DNA of 64,000 nucleotides, taken from NCBI GenBank assembly GCA_963840455.1, contig CAWIYV010000011.1, positions 128,001 through 192,000 of the forward strand. Reading direction: 5' to 3'. Origin of the DNA: Nitrospirota bacterium (GTDB taxonomy: Bacteria; Nitrospirota; UBA9217). The translations under genes were made by a program, and so were the position numbers. Shown piece after piece: positions 19,417-28,062 of the stretch. Position 1 is the first letter of the stretch; every line of letters begins with the position of its first letter. The notes below the pieces were generated by a model. It searched no databases. It was not told the origin of the DNA and saw only the letters and a program-made list of their open reading frames with translations.

Positions 19417-19790
19417 ACTGTTACCTCCACATTGAGGTATCGCCGTTCCTGACGCGACTTCACTACGTAGGCAATTTGCACTATGAGCTTTTCCTCGACG
19501 GCCTCCGCCTTAACCCTATCAACACTGATCACACTGCCCAGCCATTTGTCCAGGGCCTGCAGGATCGTCACCTGCATGAGGCTCGCCGTGACGTCACTAT
19601 TGGGCGCGAAGATCATATTCCTCAGTCCACAGCCGAAATCAGGCCTATTGATCCGCTCACCCGATGAGGTAAGGAGCACCTGTTTGATCATTTGTTCGAC
19701 ATGCTGTGCATAGTCCGTTTCCTGCAGCAGGCGTCCCAGCCCGGTGTCGATCCCTATGGGATAATGAATAGATTGAATGTTCTTGCTCAT
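19413..19790 (-). CDS. GPW/gp25-family baseplate protein (Afp9-type)
   Basis: IKQVLLTSSGERINRPDFGCGL. Confidence 0.92.
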   Translation of the reverse strand: MSKNIQSIHYPIGIDTGLGRLLQETDYAQHVEQMIKQVLLTSSGERINRPDFGCGLRNMIFAPNSDVTASLMQVTILQALDKWLGSVISVDRVKAEAVEEKLIVQIAYVVKSRQERRYLNVEVTV

Positions 19791-19839
19791 ACACTGTTAC
19801 CGTCAAGCGATCAGGGAGCAAACACCGGCACGGGGCCGT

Positions 19840-20268
19840 TCACGACAAATCCATTACTTCTATTTCCTCGACTTCCGCTTTATGGACATTGCCGACTTGG
19901 TCCTGATATTGTTCCACGCTGATACCATGCCACTTTATCTTCCCGAGTTTTTGCGAAATTCCTCCGAAATTATCCGCAAGATCGTACACATCCACTTCTG
20001 ACTCGTTATTGCTCAAAACTTTGTGCTGGTTCGCCTGACTTTCGTCCTGTTCAACATACACCTTCAGTTTAAAGGCCTCTGATGAGTAGTCCTTCAGATG
20101 TTTAAGCACTCCTTGCGCGATCGCGGAAAATAAGATCCGCCGCTCAACCTGGCCAAGTGCGGTCATGGTTGTCCCGGTATATGCCTCCCATGCTGCCCGA
20201 AAGGCTTCTTCCATGGCCTCTGCCATGCTGCCGGAGTAATCTGATACCGTCCCTGCTTTAAATGCCAT
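19840..20268 (-). CDS. hypothetical protein at the position often held by a PAAR-like gene
   Basis: Intact ORF with RBS between spike and gp25; no PAAR motif. Confidence 0.7.
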   Translation of the reverse strand: MAFKAGTVSDYSGSMAEAMEEAFRAAWEAYTGTTMTALGQVERRILFSAIAQGVLKHLKDYSSEAFKLKVYVEQDESQANQHKVLSNNESEVDVYDLADNFGGISQKLGKIKWHGISVEQYQDQVGNVHKAEVEEIEVMDLS

Positions 20269-20288
20269 GACACAATTCTCCGTTTATG

Positions 20289-20993
20289 CTATCCGGTTTT
20301 GACCCTCATCGATACAAGCTGCAAAGTAGCCGGTGGAAACGGCGGTACGGGAGGCGCCGGCGTGACCGGCAGCACGCCGAGCGCGAGCTGTCCCGGATGG
20401 ATGTGGCTCTGATACAGCGACACGAGCTGGTTCAGATAGGTGATCAGCTCGTCGCCGAACACCACGGGGTGCGTGGAGTTCTCCACCAGCTCGATCTGCG
20501 GCGCTTCTACGACTGCTTTGACAGCCCCTTTCACGGTGATCTTGCTCTGTTGGACCTCGATGGTCAGCATGTTGTTGCCGTTCTCGTCGCTTAAGCTGAT
20601 CTTCTGGCCGTCGTCGTCGAGAGTGACCATCAGACCCTGCCTGGTCCTGATGATCTTGAGCGGCGGCGTGGCTCCGGCGCCTGACTCGTTCTTCGGGAGT
20701 TGGTTATCGGCCCAGAAAAAACCTGTCCAAATGGGATACGACGGGTCACCAGCCTCGAATTCAACAAAAATACCTGTGCCCGTTTCCGGCTGCGCATAAA
20801 ACCCCATGCCGTCCCCTGCATAGGGTGTACACGGCATCGCCCATACCTCGAGGCCGCCCAGTACCGCCGGCACGCGGACCTTGATCCGTCCGCGCGATGT
20901 TGGATCATTATTGTCAGTGACCGTTCCCCGGTACTTTCCAAAATAACGGCTGCGCACCCAGTCAAGCAATTGTTCCTGCGAATCCTCGTTCAT
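20289..20993 (-). CDS. baseplate assembly protein V / gp5-like spike (OB fold)
   Basis: RYFGKYRGTVTDNNDP..GRIKVRVP, VEFEAGDPSYPIWTG; C-terminal HIH. Confidence 0.92.
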   Translation of the reverse strand: MNEDSQEQLLDWVRSRYFGKYRGTVTDNNDPTSRGRIKVRVPAVLGGLEVWAMPCTPYAGDGMGFYAQPETGTGIFVEFEAGDPSYPIWTGFFWADNQLPKNESGAGATPPLKIIRTRQGLMVTLDDDGQKISLSDENGNNMLTIEVQQSKITVKGAVKAVVEAPQIELVENSTHPVVFGDELITYLNQLVSLYQSHIHPGQLALGVLPVTPAPPVPPFPPATLQLVSMRVKTG

Positions 20994-20994
20994 A

Positions 20995-22053
20995 TCAACT
21001 TCCCCACCCGTTTCGCCACAATTCCATTTCCATGCGGTGCGATTCTGCATCGATGGTGTGCCGCACACCGGCTACGAAATAATCGCCGCTGTGCCTGCTG
21101 CCTGCCCCGCGGACCTTCACGAGCGTATGTGCGCGGACCAGCGTGCCGAGGGTGTCCAAGCTTGTCTGGCACGTGGCCTGGGTGAACCAGTCTGCCTCTA
21201 TCAGCGCCCCCTCACCTCGCGCCGTCAGATCGCCGGTGTCGTCTGCCGGAGCTGCCAGATGAATGGATCGGGTGTCGCCGGTGATCGCCTGTAGGCCCTG
21301 GGTACCCAGAATAGGCTGTGGTGTAGTAGCAACAGCGCCGTTCATCTCGGACAAGGTGTTCAGGTCCAGTTGGGACCCCTCTATGCTCGTTGGCCGCTCT
21401 GCATCCCAGGTGATGTCGAGCGTCTGTATTCTGGGCGAAGCCAGGTTGATCACCAACTCCGCGCTCGGCCCTCCTCTCAATGGCGGGCGCTTGAAGTGTG
21501 CGGTCTCTGTTCCCTGGGCGTCGCAGCTGATCCAGAACAGATAGCCGTTGCGCCGCGCCAGTCGGCGGACGAACCGAAGGTCGCTGTCGCGCTGAACGAG
21601 CGTGTGCTTCGCTTCGTAATGTCCCGCGCTGGTCGTTTGCACATCAGACGTGTACCCATACTTGCTGAGAATCGTCTGCACTGCATCGCTGTCGGTCAGG
21701 TCGGCCCAGATGGCTGACCTCGTCTCCCGGTCCATGATGATCGATGTGTCCGAGCCGAAGACTTCCAGTGTGGAACCCGCGCCTCCGTGCCGGAGCCGGA
21801 CCTGCTGTTTATGGACCGGACCCTTGACCAGGCAGTGGATCTGGCCGTCAATAGGAACCAGGACTGAGAGTTCGGAGCCGGCGTCGAGCCTGCCGTCTGT
21901 AAGGAGCGGGATGTCGCCCTCACTGATATCCAGATCGTATTGAATCTGGAACGTTGTTGCCTCGCTGATCCGTTCGCTTACAATCAATTTTCGCGCTTGA
22001 ATAAGCTCTGGATCCGGTTTGCCTTTGATGGCTATCGCAATGCCCAGTCCCAC
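20995..22053 (-). CDS. late control D / gp27-like hub protein
   Basis: VQRDSDLRFVRRLARRNG, VRGAGSRHSGDYFVAGVRHTI. Confidence 0.88.
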   Translation of the reverse strand: MGLGIAIAIKGKPDPELIQARKLIVSERISEATTFQIQYDLDISEGDIPLLTDGRLDAGSELSVLVPIDGQIHCLVKGPVHKQQVRLRHGGAGSTLEVFGSDTSIIMDRETRSAIWADLTDSDAVQTILSKYGYTSDVQTTSAGHYEAKHTLVQRDSDLRFVRRLARRNGYLFWISCDAQGTETAHFKRPPLRGGPSAELVINLASPRIQTLDITWDAERPTSIEGSQLDLNTLSEMNGAVATTPQPILGTQGLQAITGDTRSIHLAAPADDTGDLTARGEGALIEADWFTQATCQTSLDTLGTLVRAHTLVKVRGAGSRHSGDYFVAGVRHTIDAESHRMEMELWRNGWGS

Positions 22054-22331
22054 TACCGCACCTTCCTCGGGATCTCAATTTCGCGCTGCTCTGCCAGGGC
22101 ATCAGGGAGCATCACATCGTTCAGCTCGCAGATCCGCCAGAATCCTGCCGCATCATCCAGGTAACCCTTGGCCAGATGGTCCATCCGCTGGCCCTGACGC
22201 ACGAGGTGAGTGCCCAATGCGGTCTGGCCGGGCGTCTCAGGCACTGGAACAACCTTGACCTTCCGGCCCCGCCGGTCAACGACCTCGTAGGGTTCGAGCT
22301 TCGCATAGCGGCTTTTGGGATCGAACAACAT
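22053..22331 (-). CDS. LysM/tail-X-like baseplate protein
   Basis: HLVRQGQRMDHLAKGYLDD..FWRICELN...IEIP. Confidence 0.8.
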   Translation of the reverse strand: MLFDPKSRYAKLEPYEVVDRRGRKVKVVPVPETPGQTALGTHLVRQGQRMDHLAKGYLDDAAGFWRICELNDVMLPDALAEQREIEIPRKVR

Positions 22332-22340
22332 AACTACCTC

Positions 22341-23039
22341 CTATAACGGAAGCATGTCCAGGATCGATTCAGCGGTATTTGCAAGGTTCAGCCGGGCCAG
22401 TACCTCTTTCTGCGTCCGGGTGTATTTATAGGCCTTGATCGCAAGCTCCTCGCCCATCGAGAGCTTCCGCCCAAGCTTCTTGAACGAATCCTCGGTGAGC
22501 ACCGTGAGCCCCACCGAGACCGTGGCCCGGATCGGGTAGAGTGTGGGCAGGAACTCCTGCTCGTCCACGGAGAAGCTTGTGACACGCACCGGCAGAACGC
22601 GTCCCGGCCCCCAGATGAAGAGCACGATCGGCACGCTCCCCCGCGGCACTACGTCACCTGAGCCGAAGATCTCGGGAAGCAGTTGACCCAGGAGTGAATC
22701 GCCCACCGGATAGAGCAACATTTCGAGGGCGCTGATCCGGTCAGCAACGCCGGATATCTTCGCCGCCGGGTGTTTCTCCGGTTCTTCCAGGGCGTCCGTG
22801 GCATCGAGCTCAAGCTTCAGCTCGAATGACTCTCCCGGATCATAGGGCTCTGCCGTGGTCTCCTTGGCTTGGCCGCCTCCTTCTTCTGTGGAGGCTGAAG
22901 AGGGTGTCATGGTCCTGCTTATGGTCTCCGGGTTGTATTGGAAAACGATCACGTTCGGGATCGGTCCCAGAAAATCCTCGGATAGCTTCACGAGGGCGCC
23001 TTTCACCAGTTTCGGGCTTCTCGAATATCCATTCGGCAT
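22341..23039 (-). CDS. CIS tube-initiator protein (Afp7-like)
   Basis: VFQYNPETISRT, VLFIWG..RVLPVRVTSFSVDEQEF...PIRATV. Confidence 0.85.
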   Translation of the reverse strand: MPNGYSRSPKLVKGALVKLSEDFLGPIPNVIVFQYNPETISRTMTPSSASTEEGGGQAKETTAEPYDPGESFELKLELDATDALEEPEKHPAAKISGVADRISALEMLLYPVGDSLLGQLLPEIFGSGDVVPRGSVPIVLFIWGPGRVLPVRVTSFSVDEQEFLPTLYPIRATVSVGLTVLTEDSFKKLGRKLSMGEELAIKAYKYTRTQKEVLARLNLANTAESILDMLPL

Positions 23040-23051
23040 ACTGTAACCTCG

Positions 23052-23645
23052 CTAAGTTCTGGACTTCTTACCGGCCAAGCTCTTTTTTGCGTTATTGATC
23101 TTGTCCGCGGCCGCAGGATGACGCTCAAGGATCAACTTTTCCCATGGAGCATAGAGATCTTCTTGCAGTTTGCCAGGTGTTGGCTCCAAATGTTCAACTA
23201 TATTTATTAGATGGATGCACCACTGACCGCCATATTCACCAATATCTGTCATCTCGCTCTCGGTCAACTTCTCTTTCTTCTTCTCATTGTCGCATCGAGT
23301 CCCTAATGCTTTGTCGAAGTTAATCCAAAGTTGCGCCTCATGATAGGCAAGATCCGGGTTGAGACTGAGGATAAAGTCACGGTTCTCCGACGGATTGCGA
23401 AAGATCTCCTCGTGGATGAATCGCTTCCGAAGATAGTCGGTCCATACTACCTGCTCTTTCTGGTTCTCTGGTTCGTGCGGCTCCATCTCTTGCATCTCAC
23501 GGTAGATTAACTTTTCAAACTCCTTTTTACGCTGTTCAGACTTCAGCTTCTCTATGCGCTTTGGCAACCAAACACCAAGAACAAAGAGGACTGAAGGCAT
23601 GAAAACAACATCGATAAAATCTTTCAAATTATCGAATCCCCCCAT
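23052..23645 (-). CDS. hypothetical protein with an N-terminal transmembrane segment
   Basis: Intact ORF with RBS; FIDVVFMPSVLFVLGVWL. Confidence 0.7.
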   Translation of the reverse strand: MGGFDNLKDFIDVVFMPSVLFVLGVWLPKRIEKLKSEQRKKEFEKLIYREMQEMEPHEPENQKEQVVWTDYLRKRFIHEEIFRNPSENRDFILSLNPDLAYHEAQLWINFDKALGTRCDNEKKKEKLTESEMTDIGEYGGQWCIHLINIVEHLEPTPGKLQEDLYAPWEKLILERHPAAADKINNAKKSLAGKKSRT

Positions 23646-23664
23646 AATATTCCTTCCCGTCCGG

Positions 23665-24780
23665 CTACGAAAACACGGGCTTCTTGAAGTTTATGTGAAC
23701 GCAATGATTTGGCGGCTCCGGCTGCGTGCTGTTTATGGAAAATTCACCCTGTTCGCCGAATTCCGGGATCTGCGTTTTCAGGATATCGTCGAGAACCTTG
23801 AGATCGAGCCCGGAAACATCCATCGCTTTCCCGATTAGATGCGGCGAAGCATTCACCGCCTTGCCCTTCCAGGTGGTATTAGCAGGCGCGGCCACAAGCG
23901 GAAGCGTACGCTTATCAGAAGGGACACCCGGCCCTCCCCCGCCCCAGTATAAAGCCAGGAAAAACGGGACCCAAACATCCATATCCGCCACCGTGCACGA
24001 TGCGAATTTCTCCCAGTCAAGCGTACCCTTGAGCCAATCCGTCTTCTCGGCATAGGCATTAACGCTCTTTTTATTCTGTTTACAATACCCCCTGAGAATG
24101 TCGAGCTGTTTTTTCTGGTCTCGCTTTGCAGATCCGACCGTAGCCTTCTTTCCTTTCCCGAAGGTTCCAAGCTCATTGTGTTTCTCAATAACGTCTTTTG
24201 GGTTTTTCGCTGCGGCCGCTGCCGGTGTCTGTACTGCCGGCACCGGAGCTGCTTTTGGTGCTTTACCTTTCTCTTCACCGCCTGTTATAGATTTGATCAA
24301 TTCCCTTGCGTATTCTATGAGATCAGCTCCGAAACCTTTCTCTTTTTTCTCCGCTGCAGTAGGAATAAGGATGGTCTCACTTGCATTAAACCCGATTTTC
24401 TTCCCTTTGGCTGTTGACCAGGTCTTCACCTTTGAAGCATTCTTCTTTATCAAGTCCTCTGCCTTGACGTTGAATTTCGCCGCGATCCGTTCGATCGTAT
24501 CTCCGGACTTGACTTTGTATGTTTGTTCTTTCTGCGCAACGGGTGTCGCATTTGCCGGGCTGCCGCTATCCTTATCATATGCATCACCGACCGAAGCGAT
24601 TTTCTGCCCCGATGGAGCAATGGGACGGTAAGAGCCTTTAATCACACTATGATTGCCTAGACTATCCCGGGAAGTCTGTGCAGTTTGAAGTGACTTGCGT
24701 TGCAGCGTACTTGTCTCGCTTATTTGATAGGCCTTAATTTGACCTTTCGTCTGTTTCTTCTTAGTAGTTAGCTGTTTCAT
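23665..24780 (-). CDS. LysM domain plus M15-type zinc peptidase (putative eCIS cargo or lysin)
   Basis: LysM YKVKSGDTIERIAAKFNV; SAKRDQKKQ, SPHLIGKAMD (SxHxxGxAxD) and HCVH. Confidence 0.75.
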   Translation of the reverse strand: MKQLTTKKKQTKGQIKAYQISETSTLQRKSLQTAQTSRDSLGNHSVIKGSYRPIAPSGQKIASVGDAYDKDSGSPANATPVAQKEQTYKVKSGDTIERIAAKFNVKAEDLIKKNASKVKTWSTAKGKKIGFNASETILIPTAAEKKEKGFGADLIEYARELIKSITGGEEKGKAPKAAPVPAVQTPAAAAAKNPKDVIEKHNELGTFGKGKKATVGSAKRDQKKQLDILRGYCKQNKKSVNAYAEKTDWLKGTLDWEKFASCTVADMDVWVPFFLALYWGGGGPGVPSDKRTLPLVAAPANTTWKGKAVNASPHLIGKAMDVSGLDLKVLDDILKTQIPEFGEQGEFSINSTQPEPPNHCVHINFKKPVFS

Positions 24781-24843
24781 GCGGCTCTACACCTCATCAC
24801 GCACCAAGTCCCATTAACACGAAAGCTCTGAACTTAAGGTGTT

Positions 24844-25299
24844 CTAAAGTGTTTGCGAACCACGCGCAGTGGCTATCAATTCATCTTCCCAAAAATACCG
24901 GACCTCAATCGGCTTTTCAGCCTTGAGAGCAGTCAGTGGCACGACGAACTTCAGTCTGTACTGCTCAGGGCCCACTGCATCCCACCCCTCCTCTCCTTCT
25001 CTGGATATAGTGGTGATCTGACTGCCAGTCACTGACTGTCCGTCTTGAAAGATCTGAACCTTGTTTGTCGTGCCCCGCTCCTTTTCAGATCTCCAGATGT
25101 AATCCCATATGTCTGATTTACCGGTTGGTACAAGCAGATCGAAGACCACATTTGACTTCAAGACACTCAGATTGATCACTCGAAGCTCACCTTCCGGTAA
25201 CCAGTACTTCTTGCTCTGTGCAACCACGGGTGCCCCATTCAGTTGCATGATGATTTCCACAGCTTCCATCCCGGTCTCCTTCTGCTGTTGTAACGTCAA
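24844..25299 (-). CDS. hypothetical protein (5' end uncertain)
   Basis: Open frame continues upstream to an in-frame TGA at 25353-25351, preceded by ATG at 25362. Confidence 0.55.
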   Translation of the reverse strand: MTLQQQKETGMEAVEIIMQLNGAPVVAQSKKYWLPEGELRVINLSVLKSNVVFDLLVPTGKSDIWDYIWRSEKERGTTNKVQIFQDGQSVTGSQITTISREGEEGWDAVGPEQYRLKFVVPLTALKAEKPIEVRYFWEDELIATARGSQTL

Positions 25300-25609
25300 C
25301 TCACCTATGCGAATTACCGGCCTGATGTTTATCTTTATGTCGCGGATCCTTCAATAATTCATCGAGTGCTTTCTGCGCAGTTCTTCCGAGCAACTTTTGT
25401 TTTTGCATCCTTTATCGGTTCACGTAGAAATTCTGGAGCTCCTTAAGATTCAAAAGAGTGAAAAACTTATTCACAATATCTTTTTTAGGTTCTTCTTTTA
25501 GTTGTCCAATTCATTTATGAGTGTCAATATGTGCCTAACTGAGCACACCAGCGGGAAACTGGCACGATTCTGCCTGTTCCATTATTTACCGTTCAGCATT
25601 TTCCCCACT

Positions 25610-27829
25610 CTAACGAGTTACTCCAGCCTTCTTTATAAGTTTAGGATCCGCGATAACGCTTGGTGGGCTTCCATCCTTATGAAAGACCCGCCAAATCCGG
25701 CCTTCTTCGTCAAAGACGAAAAGGTCTTGCTTCAGATTCAAAGCCTGCTTCTGAAAGAACTCCACACAATCCTGGCACATCCACTTATCAACGGATATTG
25801 GCTGTCCAGGGTTGGCAACAGCTAACTGCTTCTCTGCATGACTCGCGTTCCATTCGCCGACAAAATTTTTGTCTCGGGGATGTGGTTTCAATTTATGTCC
25901 GATTTTCTCAGCTCGTTCCGCTACTGCCTCAGAACTTACTCTCTTTAATGGTTTTCGGCTGACCGCCCTCCTGTAGATGGTAACTCCTCCAGGTTGCTGT
26001 TCAATGCTCACCGCGACGGTCGCACCTTTCTTTGCTCGTTTCTGCGGTAACTTCTCACGCATTCGAGCAGTCGCTCCTGGTGCTGGTTCCTGCCCCGCAC
26101 CCACTGTTTTTGGTACCCTGCCTTTTTCGACTATTACCTTGGCAGGTTTAACACGTTTGCCTTCGACATAGCTTCCGCCTGTTTCTATTTGTCGGGGGGC
26201 ATCTCCTAGGCGGGCTGTTTTCGCACCTTCTTCTATTTCACCACCGACGCGCGTAACAGTACCGCCAGCCTTCTCAGCCTCACGTATTTTGCCTACGTAG
26301 CGATTGGCCTGTAGGATGCGCCGTAAACCGGGAATGTGCTCCAATAAGTCTATCAATCTCCTCGCGAATCGACTCGTTCTCAATGCTTTGCCAGCCGCCG
26401 ATACTCCGCGCGCCACCCACGCTTCTGGGCCAAGAAACAGCAAGGCGATCTCGAACACCACATAACCCTCTACTCTCCCAACCTTGAAACCCTTCCAAAA
26501 AGGGCTCGCTTTTTTGAAGTCGGTATTATACCAGCGGCCGGCCATTTGCCCAACTTGCTGCCCTATCTCGTATCCAAATTCGATTAGAAACGCTGGATAT
26601 CGACGCATCTGCTCGATGAATTCAGTTAGTCCCCTCTTCACTTCTTGGGCGTAACGTGCTTGCGCCGCCCGCTTAGCTTTATATCCCTGAGGATCCTGCA
26701 AAAACTCGATTCCTTCTTTGATCCCCAATTGGAGCAATCCCTGAGGGGTCAGATATTTAGCAACAAAAGAGGCAAGTTCTGCAATTCCAACGACATTGTC
26801 TTTCAGGCTCTCAAGCGCTCCTACTGGAGCGCCCAACTGAACACCACCGTTGAAAGCCAAAAGGTTCATTGTCTCGCTCAGTTCGTTACTTAGAGTAGCC
26901 CACTCGTCCGCATGAATCGTCTGTCGCGCCCCTATCAAGAAGCCTTGAGCAAAGCCAGTGGTTATTGTGGCTAGCCGATAGGCAGCCTTCAGTTCGCCTG
27001 GCATCCAGGCTGATATCTTTTCCCCGTACTTTCGTTCGTAAGCCACCAACATCCGCTGTGCTGCGGATTGCATCAGTATTCCGAGCTGGTTTTCAAGCTC
27101 TGCTCGTTCTGAACTCTGTCCCGGGTTATCTCGGAGCCATTTTTTGATGAGCTTTATTTCCCGCTGAAGCTTCTCGTCTGACATCAGTTGCACGTTTGGT
27201 GACTGATTAAGCGAGAGTGGTTGTCGCGCCAGTCTAACTCCGGATGAACCCCACACTCGTATCGGCCCTCTCCCTTTTATGGCGGCCCCAGCCGCCCAAT
27301 CAGCCGCCTGTTCCAAGGCACCGCTCTGAGAGAGGGAAAGCGATGTCGTCCCGCCACGTGACTGTTGTATTACGTGTGCCAACTCGTGAGCCACAAGGCG
27401 ATATCCTTCGCTACTTTCGAGTTTGTACCGGCCATATCCAAAGACTAGATCTTGACCCACCGTGTAAGCTGATGCGTTTACCGTTCGCGCCGACTTCGCT
27501 GCCCTCGCATCAGTATGCACCCTCACGTTACTGAAATCATGCCCGAAGCGCGGTTCAAAATGCGCGCGCGTTTTCGGATCAATCGGTTGGCCGGGAGAGC
27601 GCAGGACCTCCTGTATAATGGGCGGTACTGCTTTTGGCCTGTTTTCATTATGCGGCTTGTGTTTCGCAATGTTATTGCCAAAACTTCGCAGCACGCCATG
27701 ATTCCCCATTGTGCCTTGAAGATCATGACCCGAATGCGCAAAGCCCTGCTGCTGCGACGAAATTTCAGCATTCTGCACTTTCCGTGCATTACGCTCTGTC
27801 TGCTTCTTCTTGACTGCGACCTGTTTCAC
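25610..27829 (-). CDS. DUF4157 (eCIS core) protein with a C-terminal Zn-dependent nucleic-acid deaminase toxin domain
   Basis: FEPRFGHDFSNVRVHTD...LVAHELAHVIQQ; C-terminal SHAEKQL...MCQDC; GTG start overlaps the upstream stop (GTGA). Confidence 0.88.
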   Translation of the reverse strand: MKQVAVKKKQTERNARKVQNAEISSQQQGFAHSGHDLQGTMGNHGVLRSFGNNIAKHKPHNENRPKAVPPIIQEVLRSPGQPIDPKTRAHFEPRFGHDFSNVRVHTDARAAKSARTVNASAYTVGQDLVFGYGRYKLESSEGYRLVAHELAHVIQQSRGGTTSLSLSQSGALEQAADWAAGAAIKGRGPIRVWGSSGVRLARQPLSLNQSPNVQLMSDEKLQREIKLIKKWLRDNPGQSSERAELENQLGILMQSAAQRMLVAYERKYGEKISAWMPGELKAAYRLATITTGFAQGFLIGARQTIHADEWATLSNELSETMNLLAFNGGVQLGAPVGALESLKDNVVGIAELASFVAKYLTPQGLLQLGIKEGIEFLQDPQGYKAKRAAQARYAQEVKRGLTEFIEQMRRYPAFLIEFGYEIGQQVGQMAGRWYNTDFKKASPFWKGFKVGRVEGYVVFEIALLFLGPEAWVARGVSAAGKALRTSRFARRLIDLLEHIPGLRRILQANRYVGKIREAEKAGGTVTRVGGEIEEGAKTARLGDAPRQIETGGSYVEGKRVKPAKVIVEKGRVPKTVGAGQEPAPGATARMREKLPQKRAKKGATVAVSIEQQPGGVTIYRRAVSRKPLKRVSSEAVAERAEKIGHKLKPHPRDKNFVGEWNASHAEKQLAVANPGQPISVDKWMCQDCVEFFQKQALNLKQDLFVFDEEGRIWRVFHKDGSPPSVIADPKLIKKAGVTR

Positions 27830-28062
27830 TTCAAAACCCTCAGGATTGCATCGGAGATCATTGTCACCAGTCGTTCCCGTGTTGCTCCCGTCGTGACGGG
27901 AATTTTCAATTCTATTGCGCCGAGACGGCGGTCCTTTTGCTGTGGAGGGAGTTTATCCGCCACGCGACGCATCACGTCCGCGCCCAGCCTCTGTGCTTCG
28001 CCCTTGCTGTGTCCGGGCAGCCGCAAAATAAAATCTTCTATCTTCACCTCATCCTTTTGCAT
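27826..28062 (-). CDS. small eCIS-associated hypothetical protein
   Basis: Overlaps both the ATPase and the DUF4157 gene; IEDFILRLPG. Confidence 0.7.
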   Translation of the reverse strand: MQKDEVKIEDFILRLPGHSKGEAQRLGADVMRRVADKLPPQQKDRRLGAIELKIPVTTGATRERLVTMISDAILRVLK

